Assembly: GCA_026023565.1 (NCBI GenBank)
Contig: JAPETS010000024.1
Span: 248,001-312,000, forward strand
Length of the DNA stretch: 64,000 bases
Reading direction: 5' to 3'
Source: Cirrosporium novae-zelandiae
Lineage: Eukaryota
Shown: positions 26,184 to 38,647 of the stretch, piece after piece
How positions within the stretch are numbered: position 1 is the first letter of the stretch
Layout of the letters: each line of letters begins with the position of its first letter
Made by a program: the position numbers and the translations under genes
The notes under the pieces: generated by a model
The model's input: only the letters and a program-made list of their open reading frames with translations
What the model was told of the DNA's origin: nothing
Databases searched by the model: none

Positions 26184-27976
26184 TGCAGCATCATTCATGG
26201 CAAATTCGTGGGACAAATGAATGAATGAATGAATAGTTAAAAACTTCTTCGGTGGGGGGATCGACCTAGGAACAAACTGCACTTGGAGACTTGAATAAGA
26301 GAAAGCGGCGAGCAGTAATGTTATGGGTGTGGTGACGGGGTCTAGAATGCCATCAACACCAAACATCACCCTCCAAATCTGGATACAACCAAACCTCTCT
26401 GAGAATTTCTTTTACTTATCTTTCTTTCCGCAAAATGTTTTTTATTTCCCTTTACCTCTTTTCATATTTTCTCCTCGGTATAAACCTATTTACCTTCATT
26501 ATTATTCCAGAATTTAAGAAATTGGGGAATCGCGTGACGTTTTGAATTTACTGTATTTTTACTCTCCTTTTTTTTCGGGGGGCGTCTTTTGGGGTTTGGG
26601 TTTGTGGGTTTAGAAATATAGCTAATTAGTACAAGTAACAAGTATAAGTATCAAGTTCAATTAATTAAAGAAATTTGATTCAATTCAATTCAATTCAATT
26701 CACTCATCGTGCAGATACCTCCCTTTCCCTAAACTACACCATAAATTGTGTATGTCACCTACCTGATTCAGAGGTGTGCCCATTAGTTATAAAGGTCGTC
26801 AGAGGGGGTGGGGTTAAACATTCCTCGACATTTTTTTTGAATTTTAGTTTGAGGTGGGAGTGGAATTCGAAGGCGGGAAGGCGGGAAGGTGTGAAGGAAG
26901 GAAAAGATGGTAAATGTAAATGTAAAGTAGAAGAAAGGATAAGAGAAAGGGAGAGGGAGGAAGGTTTTTACCAGGGGGGATTGGGGGGGTTTTTCATCCT
27001 CTATTCCAGAGTCCCCCCCCTTTTTTTTATATTTTATTTGTTTAAAACTTGAAACTAGAATTAGGAATTAAATTTGTGTGTGTGTGGGGGGGGGGGCGTG
27101 TATAACATTCATAATCAAATAATTTCGCCTTCGGCTAGAGAGAGAAGGATATTAGGTAGTTATCTTAAAGATGATGAGAGATGAAATAGAAAGGCGGAGA
27201 GTGGAGAGTGACTTTATATATGTTTCGTTATCGAAGTAGATAGATATACAACAAAGTCACATTATATACATACATACATACATTTTATATCTAAAAGGGG
27301 GAATAGATATACCAACTAGCCAATAAAACATCTCAGTGAAGCGTACAAACGTTATAATTTATTACTTTCAAAGATAAATCGAATCATTACAATTTATTAT
27401 TTTCTTTTTTGGTACCCATATGGTATGATATGTTCGTTAGGTATATAAGTTTCCCTTATCATATAATATCATAATAAACATTCGTAGTGTATATCCCCAT
27501 TTCGACTTTCGACTTTGTTTATACATGTGCTAAGTTGAAGCCTCCTCCCCTCACGATATATATTTTCAACCCCCCCCACCGTCCTACCAAGCGCAAGACC
27601 AAGAGCAAAAGATCCATCGTTCCATCCGTAGACCCCCTACCCCCCCTCATAAACGCCGAGATGTTCATGATATAACCGGTTCCTGGGAACTTCCTCTTTT
27701 AAGTAAAACAAAGAGAAAAAAAAAATTAAACGCCGATTCTCAATAAAACCCCTGATGATTAACCAATCATGCCAATCAATAGCATCTTTCTTACAGCACA
27801 AAATACCCTGATCCGCTTTACGCCAGAGCCCCAGACAAGTATGTCAATATTTCACGTATCCAGTCCAATCCTTTATCAGATAAATAAGGAAATAGATCAT
27901 TAATCATGTCATGTACCCCCTCCATCCAATTTATAATGTTGTAGGCATTGGTTGGGGGTGATGGTGGAACGTGTGA

Positions 27977-29669
27977 TTATGAAGTCCCTAAAGAACCTTG
28001 CTGCTGCTGCTGCTCATCTTCTCTCCCCTCAGGTATTTGATTGATGACGGCGGCATTCCCCTGTCTTCTGGTACGTACTCTGAATCTACTCAACAGCCGT
28101 GTAGTTCGTCTACTCGAGGGTCTTAAAGGAGATCCTCCGACATTTTCGTTCGGTTCTTGTCCCCTCTCATACTCTCCAGTGCGTCTCTCATGCCTGAGCC
28201 GACGCAAAGCTGCAAGACGTTCTTCAGCTGAGGCGTGATGCATCCTTGTTGGGTTGATGATATCGATGAGTCGTGACCTTCGTCGACCTGGGCCAGAGTC
28301 TGTTTCTTCTCCTAAAGGAGGTGAGAAATTAGAATTATTGTCTTCGTTGCTTTCGCTGGTCCCGGTAGTGCTAGTATGGGAGGTCTGGGGACGGAGATCA
28401 ATACGACACAGTGGGCAGGTACCAGATACATTCAAGAGCCATGGGTCAATGCATTCTGGGTGGTACTTGTGATTGCATGGTAAGACTCGAATGTCTTGGC
28501 CTTTCACAAAGTCGTCAGTACATATTGAACAAACATGAGTTTCATCGTCTGAGGATTCTGCTGGGTTTTCGTTTCTGGGAGTAGCCGCTGCATCTGATTC
28601 TTCTTCTGTTGAAGTAGCCTCGGTTTCAGGGTGGCGAGCACCGGAAATCGGTTGTCCTTCTTGCCTCTCATTTGTAGCATTCTCATTGGTATTATTACCC
28701 ATTTCAAGATCACCTGCTTGCCCGACAGGTTTGGTTGGCTGTTCTCCGAATTTGACAATGGGCAAAGTCTCTAGCATGGCACGAGCAATACCTCTAGCTC
28801 TGCTCTGTCGTGGTCTTCCAACTGCACCAGATCTCGGGCCATATCTTTCTGGATGGCGATGGGCTCGAACAGCACCAGTAATAATAATCAATAAAAACAA
28901 AGCGGTGATAACGCCGGTAATGGAATATAGAATAATCATGGCAACTGCAGTGGTTGGCGGCGGACCTAAAAGACTGGTGGCGGGATCTGACGAACCATTA
29001 CTAGACTCTGTACCACCTTGCTGGGTACTACTCGTGCTTGAGCTCTGACTGCTGCCAGAGACGGAAGCAAGCGAGGGATCCAACATAATACTCGACGTCG
29101 CATCACTATTTGTATTGTTACTGGCGTCCAATGCTGATGCTAAGGCTTCTGAAGCTCCAGCATCTATCATTGTATAAAATATTGAATAAGATCCAGTAGA
29201 TCCTTGGATGCTACAGTGGGAAGACGATGTGCTATATAGGAGTATAGCCGTTGGCGAATTTTGAGCTGCCATATTCACTGCATCGCCAACTTGGAGCATC
29301 CCAGTGTATGCCGAATCATCGCAGGAAATGTAAGCAATGTCAGCACTATTCACGGAGTCGGCATTTGATGCGGTCACGGCGATTAAAGTTCCGGTACGAT
29401 TCACACTCTATCCAAGCTATTAATATGATATTTTGACCACCACAGAATATTATACAGACCTGTAGTTCTTGAATGCTTTTACCAGACCCAGCATCTGAAG
29501 TCAATGGATCTATCCTATAATTCGTTTCCATGCCAGTTTGCGAGGTGGCTAGGATGAATTGTATATTGTTTGACGACGTAATGGTTTTATTGGAAGGCTG
29601 AAAGGTCTGAGCGGCGACGCATGCTGCTAGGGATAGCCATAGTAGGAAGCGCGACATGGTGGAGGCCAT
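27977..29669 (-). CDS. Type I membrane RING-H2 E3 ubiquitin ligase with PA-like lumenal domain
   Basis: Signal peptide (MSRFLLWLSLAACVAAQ), one intron, TM helix AVAMIILYSITGVITALFLLIIITGAV, RING-H2 CSICTDDF...LPCNHKYHPECIDPWL...CPLCR. Confidence 0.92.
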
Positions 29670-31432
29670 GTTGCGAAAGATGACTGAATTCAAACTGCGG
29701 CACAAAGGCAGTGAGCAGTACGGCTGTATTAATGTAGGGAAGACGTTCCCATTGACGTGTTCAAGACCTAAGAGGGGACAGAAGAAAAAGAGGTATGAAG
29801 GAATTTGCTGAGTTGAATGATGGTCAAGACGTGATTCATGGGATTCTAGATTGTCACTGCTGCGGAATGAAGAATTGATGAATTGATTCTCAATCAATGT
29901 TGTCAGATTTGAGGGTCACTGCGGAGGCATTTGTGGAGGCGGTGCAGATGGGACAGCGGTTGGAGATCACTTTATCTGATAAGCCGTTGTAGTGGAGTTG
30001 GGCATGGGATAAAGATTTGGTCGTCGTCATAAGATCAGGGAAAGGCCCTGATGGGAACAAAGGGAGCGAGGGGGGATCAAAGGACCACAAGCGATACAAT
30101 AAAGCTCAGTGACTTTTGACGGTTGTTGTATCGCTGAGGATTAACATTGTTAAGGTAAGGGACTTATTATTTAATGACCACAAAAAACATAATATGACGG
30201 CCATAGCAGGAATGGTTATTCATGGTATTCATGGCTAAAAAGGCGTCGTATAGTGCAGGTGCCTCTCGTGCCTGTTAACTTCGAGGAAGCGTCGGAACTT
30301 CAAACTGGGAAGCGCCCAACTTTGGAGGATCTGCGACGCATCAACTTCTAAGAGGATTAGGAATCAAGTATATCATTTGTCCGAGGAGTCAATCTTATGA
30401 AATTTTCAGAGCCTTATGCAGCCACGGTGCTAATATCAGAAAATGGCGGATATTTTCCCGCTTCCCGTCGTAAAAGATTCGTCTTCATCCCTCGCATCCT
30501 TAACATGCTCACATTTGCTTTTTTCTTCATAAAAAAGAAGTTCGGATATCCTTCGACCGGAAAAACCATAAAAAGTAGCTCCGATTTCCGAATAAATATC
30601 TATCCGAAGATCAAGGAATGTTAAATCCAAATCTCCAGACTTCTCTAAATCACCAACTACCTATGTAGTTAGTCTAAACATTATTTGTTTTTTTTTTCAA
30701 ATTCGGATCGCCTAGAAATCAAGCCAAGCAGACTATAACGAACACAGCCCTCTCAGGTCATCAATAAAAAGCTTGAGACACAACTCAAACTACACTAATT
30801 ACTGTATGCGTTATGTGCAACCATGACAATTAATTACCTAGGTAGATATTTCAACCCCCCTTGCCATTTTGGGACTTCGCAACCTACTCCCTATCAGGAA
30901 TCGGACAAAGGAACAGACTAGAATACCTAAAGATATTCTTCTGATATTCCTTGGTTATTCACATGACCCTAGATAGTACTTATCTCTGTTCCCTAGGTCC
31001 ACAATCATTCACTGCTATAGAAGCTACCAATCACAATATCCCTTTGCTCATTTTATTTGTACGGAAGTATTGAACGGATAATTACCAATTCTTGGTTAAT
31101 TTCGAGGCGTTATGTATCCCTAAAGAGGTATAATGGCGATCAAGAGAATATAAGTGGACTGGATAGAAAGGGTGCCATCAAACCCCTGGGACCCTCATTC
31201 GCATTTCGGATTTTCGTCCGATTCAAAGCCCGAAAGAGCATTCCCGAATCCAGAGAAGGGTCATGACTTAGGATCATAGTTAAAAATGAACTCACAGCAT
31301 GATACTGCAAGGGCCCGTATTTATTCTGAAAATATGAGTTTCTTTGTAACCTTTTTTTGCTCTATAATTTTAAGAGTACAAAATCCTCTTGAATATACAC
31401 ATACTGTCGTCTTTCTTGCTAATTCCACCCTC

Positions 31433-33288
31433 TTATAGGAAGTCAAGCCCCACACCAAAGCTGACCCCTTTCCTACCTTCCTCTCCCTTCCTTAGTGCTA
31501 ACGGCAAGCTGAAATTAAGCTCAAATCTTGCAATCGGATGGGCGTACACAAGTCCAAATCCCGCAGCTACACTTGGAAGTCCGTTTCCGAGCTCCATGAT
31601 GGTGTCTTTGAAACTCTGTCTCACCTCGCTCGTGCTTCCAATTTCAGACCCCTTCCCTTCCTTATGACGATGACGGGGCTGTTTCAGCGCAAGTAATCGT
31701 CCGCCATTTATAAATGTTTGAAATCGTAAAGGATGATCTCGCCCAAGTTTTGGAATGGGAAATAGGAGGTTAGCGGAACCAGCAGCATATACATCGCCGC
31801 CTAAAGCGTCGTCACCATCATGGGGACCCAAACCAGCCATCCGGAAACCTCTGACGTCAGTCGGACCACCAAGGGTGAATCGGTCATTAATCCGAGATGT
31901 TTTGGGATTAGCAGTTTTTGATGATGCAAAAGGATATAGAACCCCAGCGCGGAAACCAGTGGTAAAGGATATGCCAGATGGATGTCCAAGACCTGGTATG
32001 GGAATTGGCAACGCAGCTTGAGTGTCTAGCTCTGATTTCCAGAAGTAAACATCACCTTTGAGTGGTCCAAAGCCAGCGACTTCGGATATAGTTTTGAGAA
32101 GATAACCAGAAGATGGAAGGCGAGGGTTGTCACGATGATCGCAAATATAGGTATGTGTGATGCTGCTTTTCAGGGAGTCCCCTGCATCGGCTCGTATACT
32201 GGGAGAAGCTCTGGGGGAGAGACCGGTGAGTTGCCGCCAGAAACCAGCATAAGAGATCTCATGCTGGCTTCCAGAAGACGTTTGCCAGCGGAATTTAGTC
32301 CAACCTCCTCTAAGGACCTCCTCGTGGGAAGCCCAGACTTTCTTGGTGGAACTTGTCAGGCCACCAATTTCCCAGCGGAGGTCAGGATTACTAAGAATTG
32401 GGGTCTCAAAGACGGCATTATAGGCAGAACGAGTGCGTGTGCCAAGGGAAGCATTCAGGAGGAGGGATTCGGCACCCCCAAATATATTTCGGAAGTTTGC
32501 ATTGGCAAATGTAGAGCCCTCGGCATTCCCTAAATCAGCGCCAGTCTTGAGGAAAATACGTGATTTTTCCTTGACAGAGATGTACACAGCAAGATCAGTT
32601 GCAGTTGCCTTTGGGTCTGCGGCATTGGTGCGGTCAAGATAGAGCGATATTTCATCATTAAATATGCCTATATAAATTAGTATTTTTGTGCGAGTAGCAC
32701 ATTTATAATCGAGTACAGCAATCACGGGAAAATAAGCACACCAAATTTATTCAATTTCCCTGCACTATAAGATATAGCCCTCAGTGCTTCACCAAGTGTA
32801 TATGGCCTGTCTTGGTTATCGCTTAGGATAGGTTGGAAGACCCTCTTCAGGAAGCCTTTGCGTGTGTGCGTGGCATTTAAAACCGAAATAGAGGAGACAG
32901 TTGCCGGGAGGGTCGAATTGAGCTCAACCTAAAAGGTAACAAAGCAATCTCAGCATTTATTATCAATGTTTCGCTGTACCCTTTATCCGGAGTTGGCAAA
33001 AAAAAGTATTAATAGAGAACCAATGTACTCCAAGAACCCCGCCAAATCCAGTAGATATATAAAAGAAAAATAATGTCGTACCAATTCAGCTAGGCGCTCT
33101 TGTTGTTTTTCATGCTGAGCATGTAACCTCTTATTTAGAGCTTCATTTTGTTCCTGAAGAACTTCAGGCGAGGGCGTGCCTTTCGCTCGAATCTTTTCAA
33201 AGAGCTAGAGAGCTTGGTCAATAAAATGCATTGTATTAAATAGAAGAGGAGTACCAACACTATCATCGGAATCCGCCGCAGAAGCCAT
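31433..33288 (-). CDS. SAM50: Mitochondrial outer-membrane beta-barrel assembly protein Sam50/Tob55
   Basis: Multi-exon gene. POTRA-like N-terminus, RNIFGGAESL, DRFTLGGPTDVRGF, ARFELNFSLPL, C-terminal FGVGLDFL. Confidence 0.95.
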
Positions 33289-33728
33289 TGGAAAGCCTCA
33301 ACTCGAGGCTGATATAGCAGAGTGGAGAGGAATCTAAGAAAATGTTCAGATCAACAACCGCCAAGGTCCTAGATGAGCCGCGACAAATGTTGTAATTGGT
33401 TGCTCAGCCCTATGGCTTTGACGACACCTCACCACTACGAAGCCCTTGAAAAAAAGTACGAGTACGCTTTCAGTGCTAAAGATTCTTTTGACAACTACTT
33501 CTCCTATCTTTGATTTGACCTTGACAACTTTAATTAATCACACTTCCTGTCGTTGTAGTTTATCTGTCCTTGATTTGAGACGTAGTGGAAACCTAGCCTC
33601 ATCTTCTTCCACCACCCATCCCTTCCCATCAATCATACTCATTCTTCTTTCAACAACTCTCCATAAACCGCGATTTACCAGTCCTTCCACATAAACAATT
33701 ATAAACCAATCACCATCATTTATTAATA

Positions 33729-34733
33729 ATGGCTACTCGTGCGTGCCACAAGAGGGTATGTTATTCATAGTTATTTCTAGTCGCATCCTCCACACATGGA
33801 TTGGTCTAGTTTGTTCTCAATAATTCAGGAGCTGTAAAACTAATTGCATATATCTTCTACAGCTTACCCGCGAATATCAAAACATTCACAAGAATCCTCC
33901 CCCATACATCATCGCTCACCCTTCTGAATCTGATATACTTGAGTATGTTCCTCCCCCACCCCCACCTTTTATCCCCATTTAAATCACCTACATTCTAACA
34001 ATTCTCCAGATGGCACTACATTTTGACTGGCCCACCCGATACTCCCTATGACGGTGGCCAATATTGGGGAACACTGCAATTCCCACCCTCATATCCATTC
34101 GCCCCCCCCGCCATCCGCATGCACACGCCATCAGGGCGCTTTCAACCCTCCACTCGCCTCTGCCTCTCTATATCTGATTTCCATCCAAAATCCTTCAATC
34201 CCGCCTGGGAAGTCTCAACCATCCTAATCGGTCTTCTCTCATTCATGACCTCCGAGGAAATGACTACAGGCTCTGTGCACGCCTCCGAAGCCGAGAGAAA
34301 GATCCTCGCAGCCCGATCACGATGGTGGAATTCAACAGGTGGCGGCAGCTCCGAGAATAAGAAACCGGGCGTGAATGCTAGCATAAGAGGAATTGGCGCC
34401 GTCAAGGCAGGCGACGGCGGGCTCAAATTCCGCACCGAATGGGCAGAACTCGATGAGGAAAACTGGAAATGGATGCGGGATCGACGAATCGATTTCGCAA
34501 CCGGAGAACGCATCCCCCAACAAGCTCAAGGTGCCTGCTCGCCTGAAGGCACCGCGCTCAGAAAACGGGCCAATGGAAGTGCTTTGGGGTCGGCGATGGT
34601 CGAGGGGGGACAGGCGGCACGAGACGTGGGGCAGAGCTGGATGAGTAGACATAAATGGGTCACGGCGGGGCTGGTCTTGTTTATGTACGTGCTGTTAACC
34701 AGGATAATTAGCGCTATTCACCGGGTTAATTAG
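33729..34733 (+). CDS. UBC6: Tail-anchored ubiquitin-conjugating enzyme E2 Ubc6
   Basis: MATRACHKR|LTREYQNI..., TPSGRFQPSTRLCLSISDFHPKSFNPAW, C-terminal TM helix. Two introns. Confidence 0.95.
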
Positions 34734-35297
34734 CGCTATTCAAAGAGTGTCATGTTGGAGAGGTGGCCATGGCCAGTGGAAGATTGATCTATTAAGCTTA
34801 TACAACATTCAACAAAAACGATTGTTGTACTCGATCGAGCATGACATCAGAAAGGCAAGATACCACAAAGAATTTCATTACAATGTGGCACATAGGGATG
34901 CATAGCGCGGCGCTCAAATGGGGCGTATTGACAACTGCTCTTCCGAAAAGGATACCTTTATGATGGATACCTAAACTTTTTGTTTCTTGCGTTGGCCGTC
35001 GTCGATTTACTGCAGAGGGATAGTACGGTGACGATAGACAAATACAGGGATTTTACCAGGCATCGAAAATTATTTGAGAGCGGGCGACATGTGGTGTGCC
35101 TGAAAACCAGTAATGCAACGGTCCCATAAATTACTCCTGAACAAAAAAGAATGAAAGAATAAGATCGACAGTGTTATAAAATTCAGAGTTCCCCTCTAAT
35201 ACACTCAAAGTCTGCCATCCCGCTCGGATCAATTGAAAGGATACTAGACCTTGATGATAATCATAATCATGGATAGCCGTCACTAACTCGGCCAGTT

Positions 35298-36006
35298 TCA
35301 CCACCTGTGACTTTCTAATATCTCCCATTTCCAGCCTTCAAAATCTAAAGTTGCGCCTTCTAATGGGCTAAAGGTGGCCTCACATGGCAATGGGTTATCC
35401 CCAATTTTCACCAGCTTCTCCCAATGTGCGCTATCTGTCCAGGACCACCTCTCGACGGTAACATCCGATCCAACCTTCAATATTCCTTGACACCACTGTC
35501 CGACTCTTACTATCATTCCTTGAGCTCCTTTACCCTCATCTTCCAAACGCAGTACTGCACTAATACGATACTTCTCCATTCCTACTGGAGACACTTCGAG
35601 GTCATGCCAGAGCTCCTCATACTTGGTGAGAAGACCCGTAGTCGGATTAACCATTTGACCCTTCTCCAAAGTGTCCCCATCTAGCTGAGTAGACATATCA
35701 CCTTCGTCTTTACCGGGCATATCACTGTTGCTGTCTACCCAGTGAGTCCATACCCCGTGGCCATTTTCTGAATTAGAGGCGCCAGCAAAGCCCCATTCAA
35801 GCTCACCAAGCTCTTTTTTATTTCTCCCCTTTCCAAAACGAAGATCGACGAAATACGAGGAAGAAGATGTTAGTACAATTGTATCTGTAGGCTCGTTTGG
35901 GTCCTCAGGGAGCTATGGGCTGGTCAGTCAGGATAACGGCCATTGGCGATAAGCATCCCACCCAACGGATATACCTTCGTTGTGTTATTGTAGGCACCGA
36001 GGGCAT
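35298..36006 (-). CDS. HRI1: Hri1 family protein
   Basis: TQRRYIRW|LPEDPNEPTDTIVLTSSSSYFVDLR...EWGFAG...WTHWVDS...DEGDM...LEKGQMVNPTTG...YEELW...GQWCQGI. Confidence 0.85.
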
Positions 36007-36568
36007 TTTGAGAACATTGACAGAGATTCTAAGATTTCGAAATCTCTCTCCCTTGTGGAATGAATTATAATTGCGTCAATATTGAGAACAACTTTCACTT
36101 AATGTTGCACTCCAAAACCTCAGAAGAATCCGAGTTAATTGCAATGTGTGTAGGTGTAGGTAGTAAGGTGGGATAAATCTTGAAAACCTGAAGAATTGAT
36201 TTTAGTGGAAATGTTTGATGGATGAGTGATCTAGTTGTGAATTTGCAAATCTGTGGGAGCGGTTTACAATCGTCAAAATATTTTATATCCATAATCTAGA
36301 TTCTCGAGCTCCATATTTGTTTAGATAGGGAGGAAATATTGAACTAATCGGAGGAAGTAGGGAATCACGGTAGTCGATTGACATCAATGTGCCAGCTACG
36401 TAGTAGAGCTCCCTCTCGGCCGATAAGAACCTCAATTCTGTCTAGAAATTCTCCCGGAACTTCCTATTCTTCAATACCCACGTCACATACGTTTGCTTGT
36501 ACAGATCAAACAAATTTTTGCTTTCACCTAATCTCCACTCTCGATATCATTAATTCATATTCATCGTA

Positions 36569-37683
36569 ATGGGTTGGTTCTGGGCTGATACTCCAGCAAA
36601 CGCTGGACCGCACTTGCGGCACTCAATGTCGCAGTCAAATATGTCGCCTCCAGTAAGCCAGCACTCGTTCAAGCCCTATAGCTCAAGTCAAATCGCAATG
36701 TGTTGATAGACGAAAGCCTGGATGTCCAATGCATAATCCTGCCAGCAAGCTTCCCGGCGAAGCACCCTCATGCCCGATGAGAGCTTCCAATCAGCCTACT
36801 CCGCCGGCCGAGCATCAGCCATCCGTGCTATCTAGACTAAACCCACTAAACTACATGTTCTCCGACCTCTCCCAATCGCGCGCCCCTCACCAAACCGTCC
36901 AGCTCCCCGTCGAACGAACCGTATCTTCGATCCCCAGAGGCGACGCCGATGCGAACTGGGAATACCCATCACCCCAACAAATGTACAACGCCATGCTCCG
37001 CAAAGGATATATAGACACCCCCGAAGATGCCGTCGAGTCTATGGTAGCCTGCCACAACCTCCTAAACGAGTACGCCTGGGACGAAATCATTGAATGGGAG
37101 CGAAGATTCTCAAGAGGTCTCCAAACTGGATGGGAAAACTGCAGGAGAGGGGAAGCGCCTCCTCCTCCCGCGCACAAGAACCCATTCCAGGATGAAAAGG
37201 AGGGGCAGCAAGAACAACAACCACCACCACCACCACCAAAGCTAATGCGGTTTATGGGCAGACCAAAGGATATGACCCCCAAGGCAGCCGTGATACAATT
37301 CCTAGGACGAGTATACCCCGCGAAATTCGGGTAAGCATTTTCATTTCAAATATATATCAAACAGGGAGAGAGAAAAAAATCGACCACTGTAGCTAACATT
37401 TTAAAAACAACAAAATAGCGTGGAACCCCCTTTCGACCGACACGACTGGATCATACTCCGCCAGGGACCCCAGGGACCCGTAGAAGTCCGCTACGTCATA
37501 GACTATTACTCCGGACCCCCCGACCCGACCGGAGAAGAGGTGTTTTATCTGGATGTTCGGCCCGCTTTGGATAGACCTTCGGCCGCATGCGAACGGCTTA
37601 TGAGATGGGGTGGAGATGTCTGGTGGAGGGCTAGCGGGGGTGTCGCCAGAGAGTCTGGCGAGTCTTCAGGAAAAAAGAAATGA
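36569..37683 (+). CDS. CYC3: Holocytochrome c synthase (cytochrome c heme lyase)
   Basis: MGWFWAD start, CPM heme-regulatory motifs, [39 protein letters not shown]. Two introns. Confidence 0.95.
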
Positions 37684-37857
37684 GTTTTTTCTTCTTTTTT
37701 TTCTTCTCTGTGAGGTCATGTTTATGCTTGATATGTGATTTGATGATCCTTTCTTCTTTATTATGCCTTTTTTCTTTCTCTTCGTCTTTTTTGCTTTCTG
37801 GTGTTGTACTGTATAAATACTATTCGGTATTAAAGTGTTAATTACTTGGAGTAATAT

Positions 37858-38110
37858 TGTTAGGGCACGCCAAGCATCACGTCTATGCGCTTACGAAGCG
37901 CTCGCTTGGCGCTTGAGTAATCCTATAAAGAAGAACGCTACCCCACGTATTATGGGGACAGCGTTCAACTTTTGCATCTACCTCGGAGGGCACTCCTAAA
38001 GTTATCATCATTCTGGCGTCTCGAATGCGAACCCTATAGTATTCTAGTTAGTTGTCCACTACTTAGATAGTTATCCTATCACACAGCCTGAATTAGGCGC
38101 TGCCCTTACA
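37858..38110. mobile_element. Candidate solo LTR or MITE remnant (253 bp)
   Basis: Starts TGTTAGGGCACGCC and ends GGCGCTGCCCTTACA: imperfect inverted termini with TG...CA ends. Internal CTATAAAG. No matching target-site duplication. Confidence 0.5.
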
Positions 38111-38647
38111 ATTAATAAATATATTTTAAAAAGAAAGTTTTTTTAGCAAAAACGCTGGTTTTTTCGAAAAAAAAGTATTTATTACGGTTTTTTATTAGAT
38201 TAGACTATTAGGGCATAGATCCTAGACTTATTTTATAAAATAAGCCTCTATTTTAGTTTAGAATATCAACCAATCTATATATCACCAGTCAAAACCTTAG
38301 GTATTTCCATGACCTGAGGCTCCCGGACAGTGGGTTAATTATTATTATTTATCATATAATAATTACCTTTCCACTCATCAATCGGTTTTCGGTTGCTTTC
38401 TCAGCTTGTCTATACCATAATACGCACCCACACGCAATATTGTACAATACTTTAAATATGATGAAGTTCAGGCGTTGTTTTTTTCTCCCCAATAACTGTT
38501 AATGGCACACCTAAGGCCTTCTAGTTTTGCACGTCTTCAATATCTCAAGTCCAACGCCATGCCACTCGTTTAGATATTTGCCTTAATCAACTAGCAGCCT
38601 CATAATACCCATTGCTCTAGTAGCTAGCCTTTGTACACAGGAGTACC

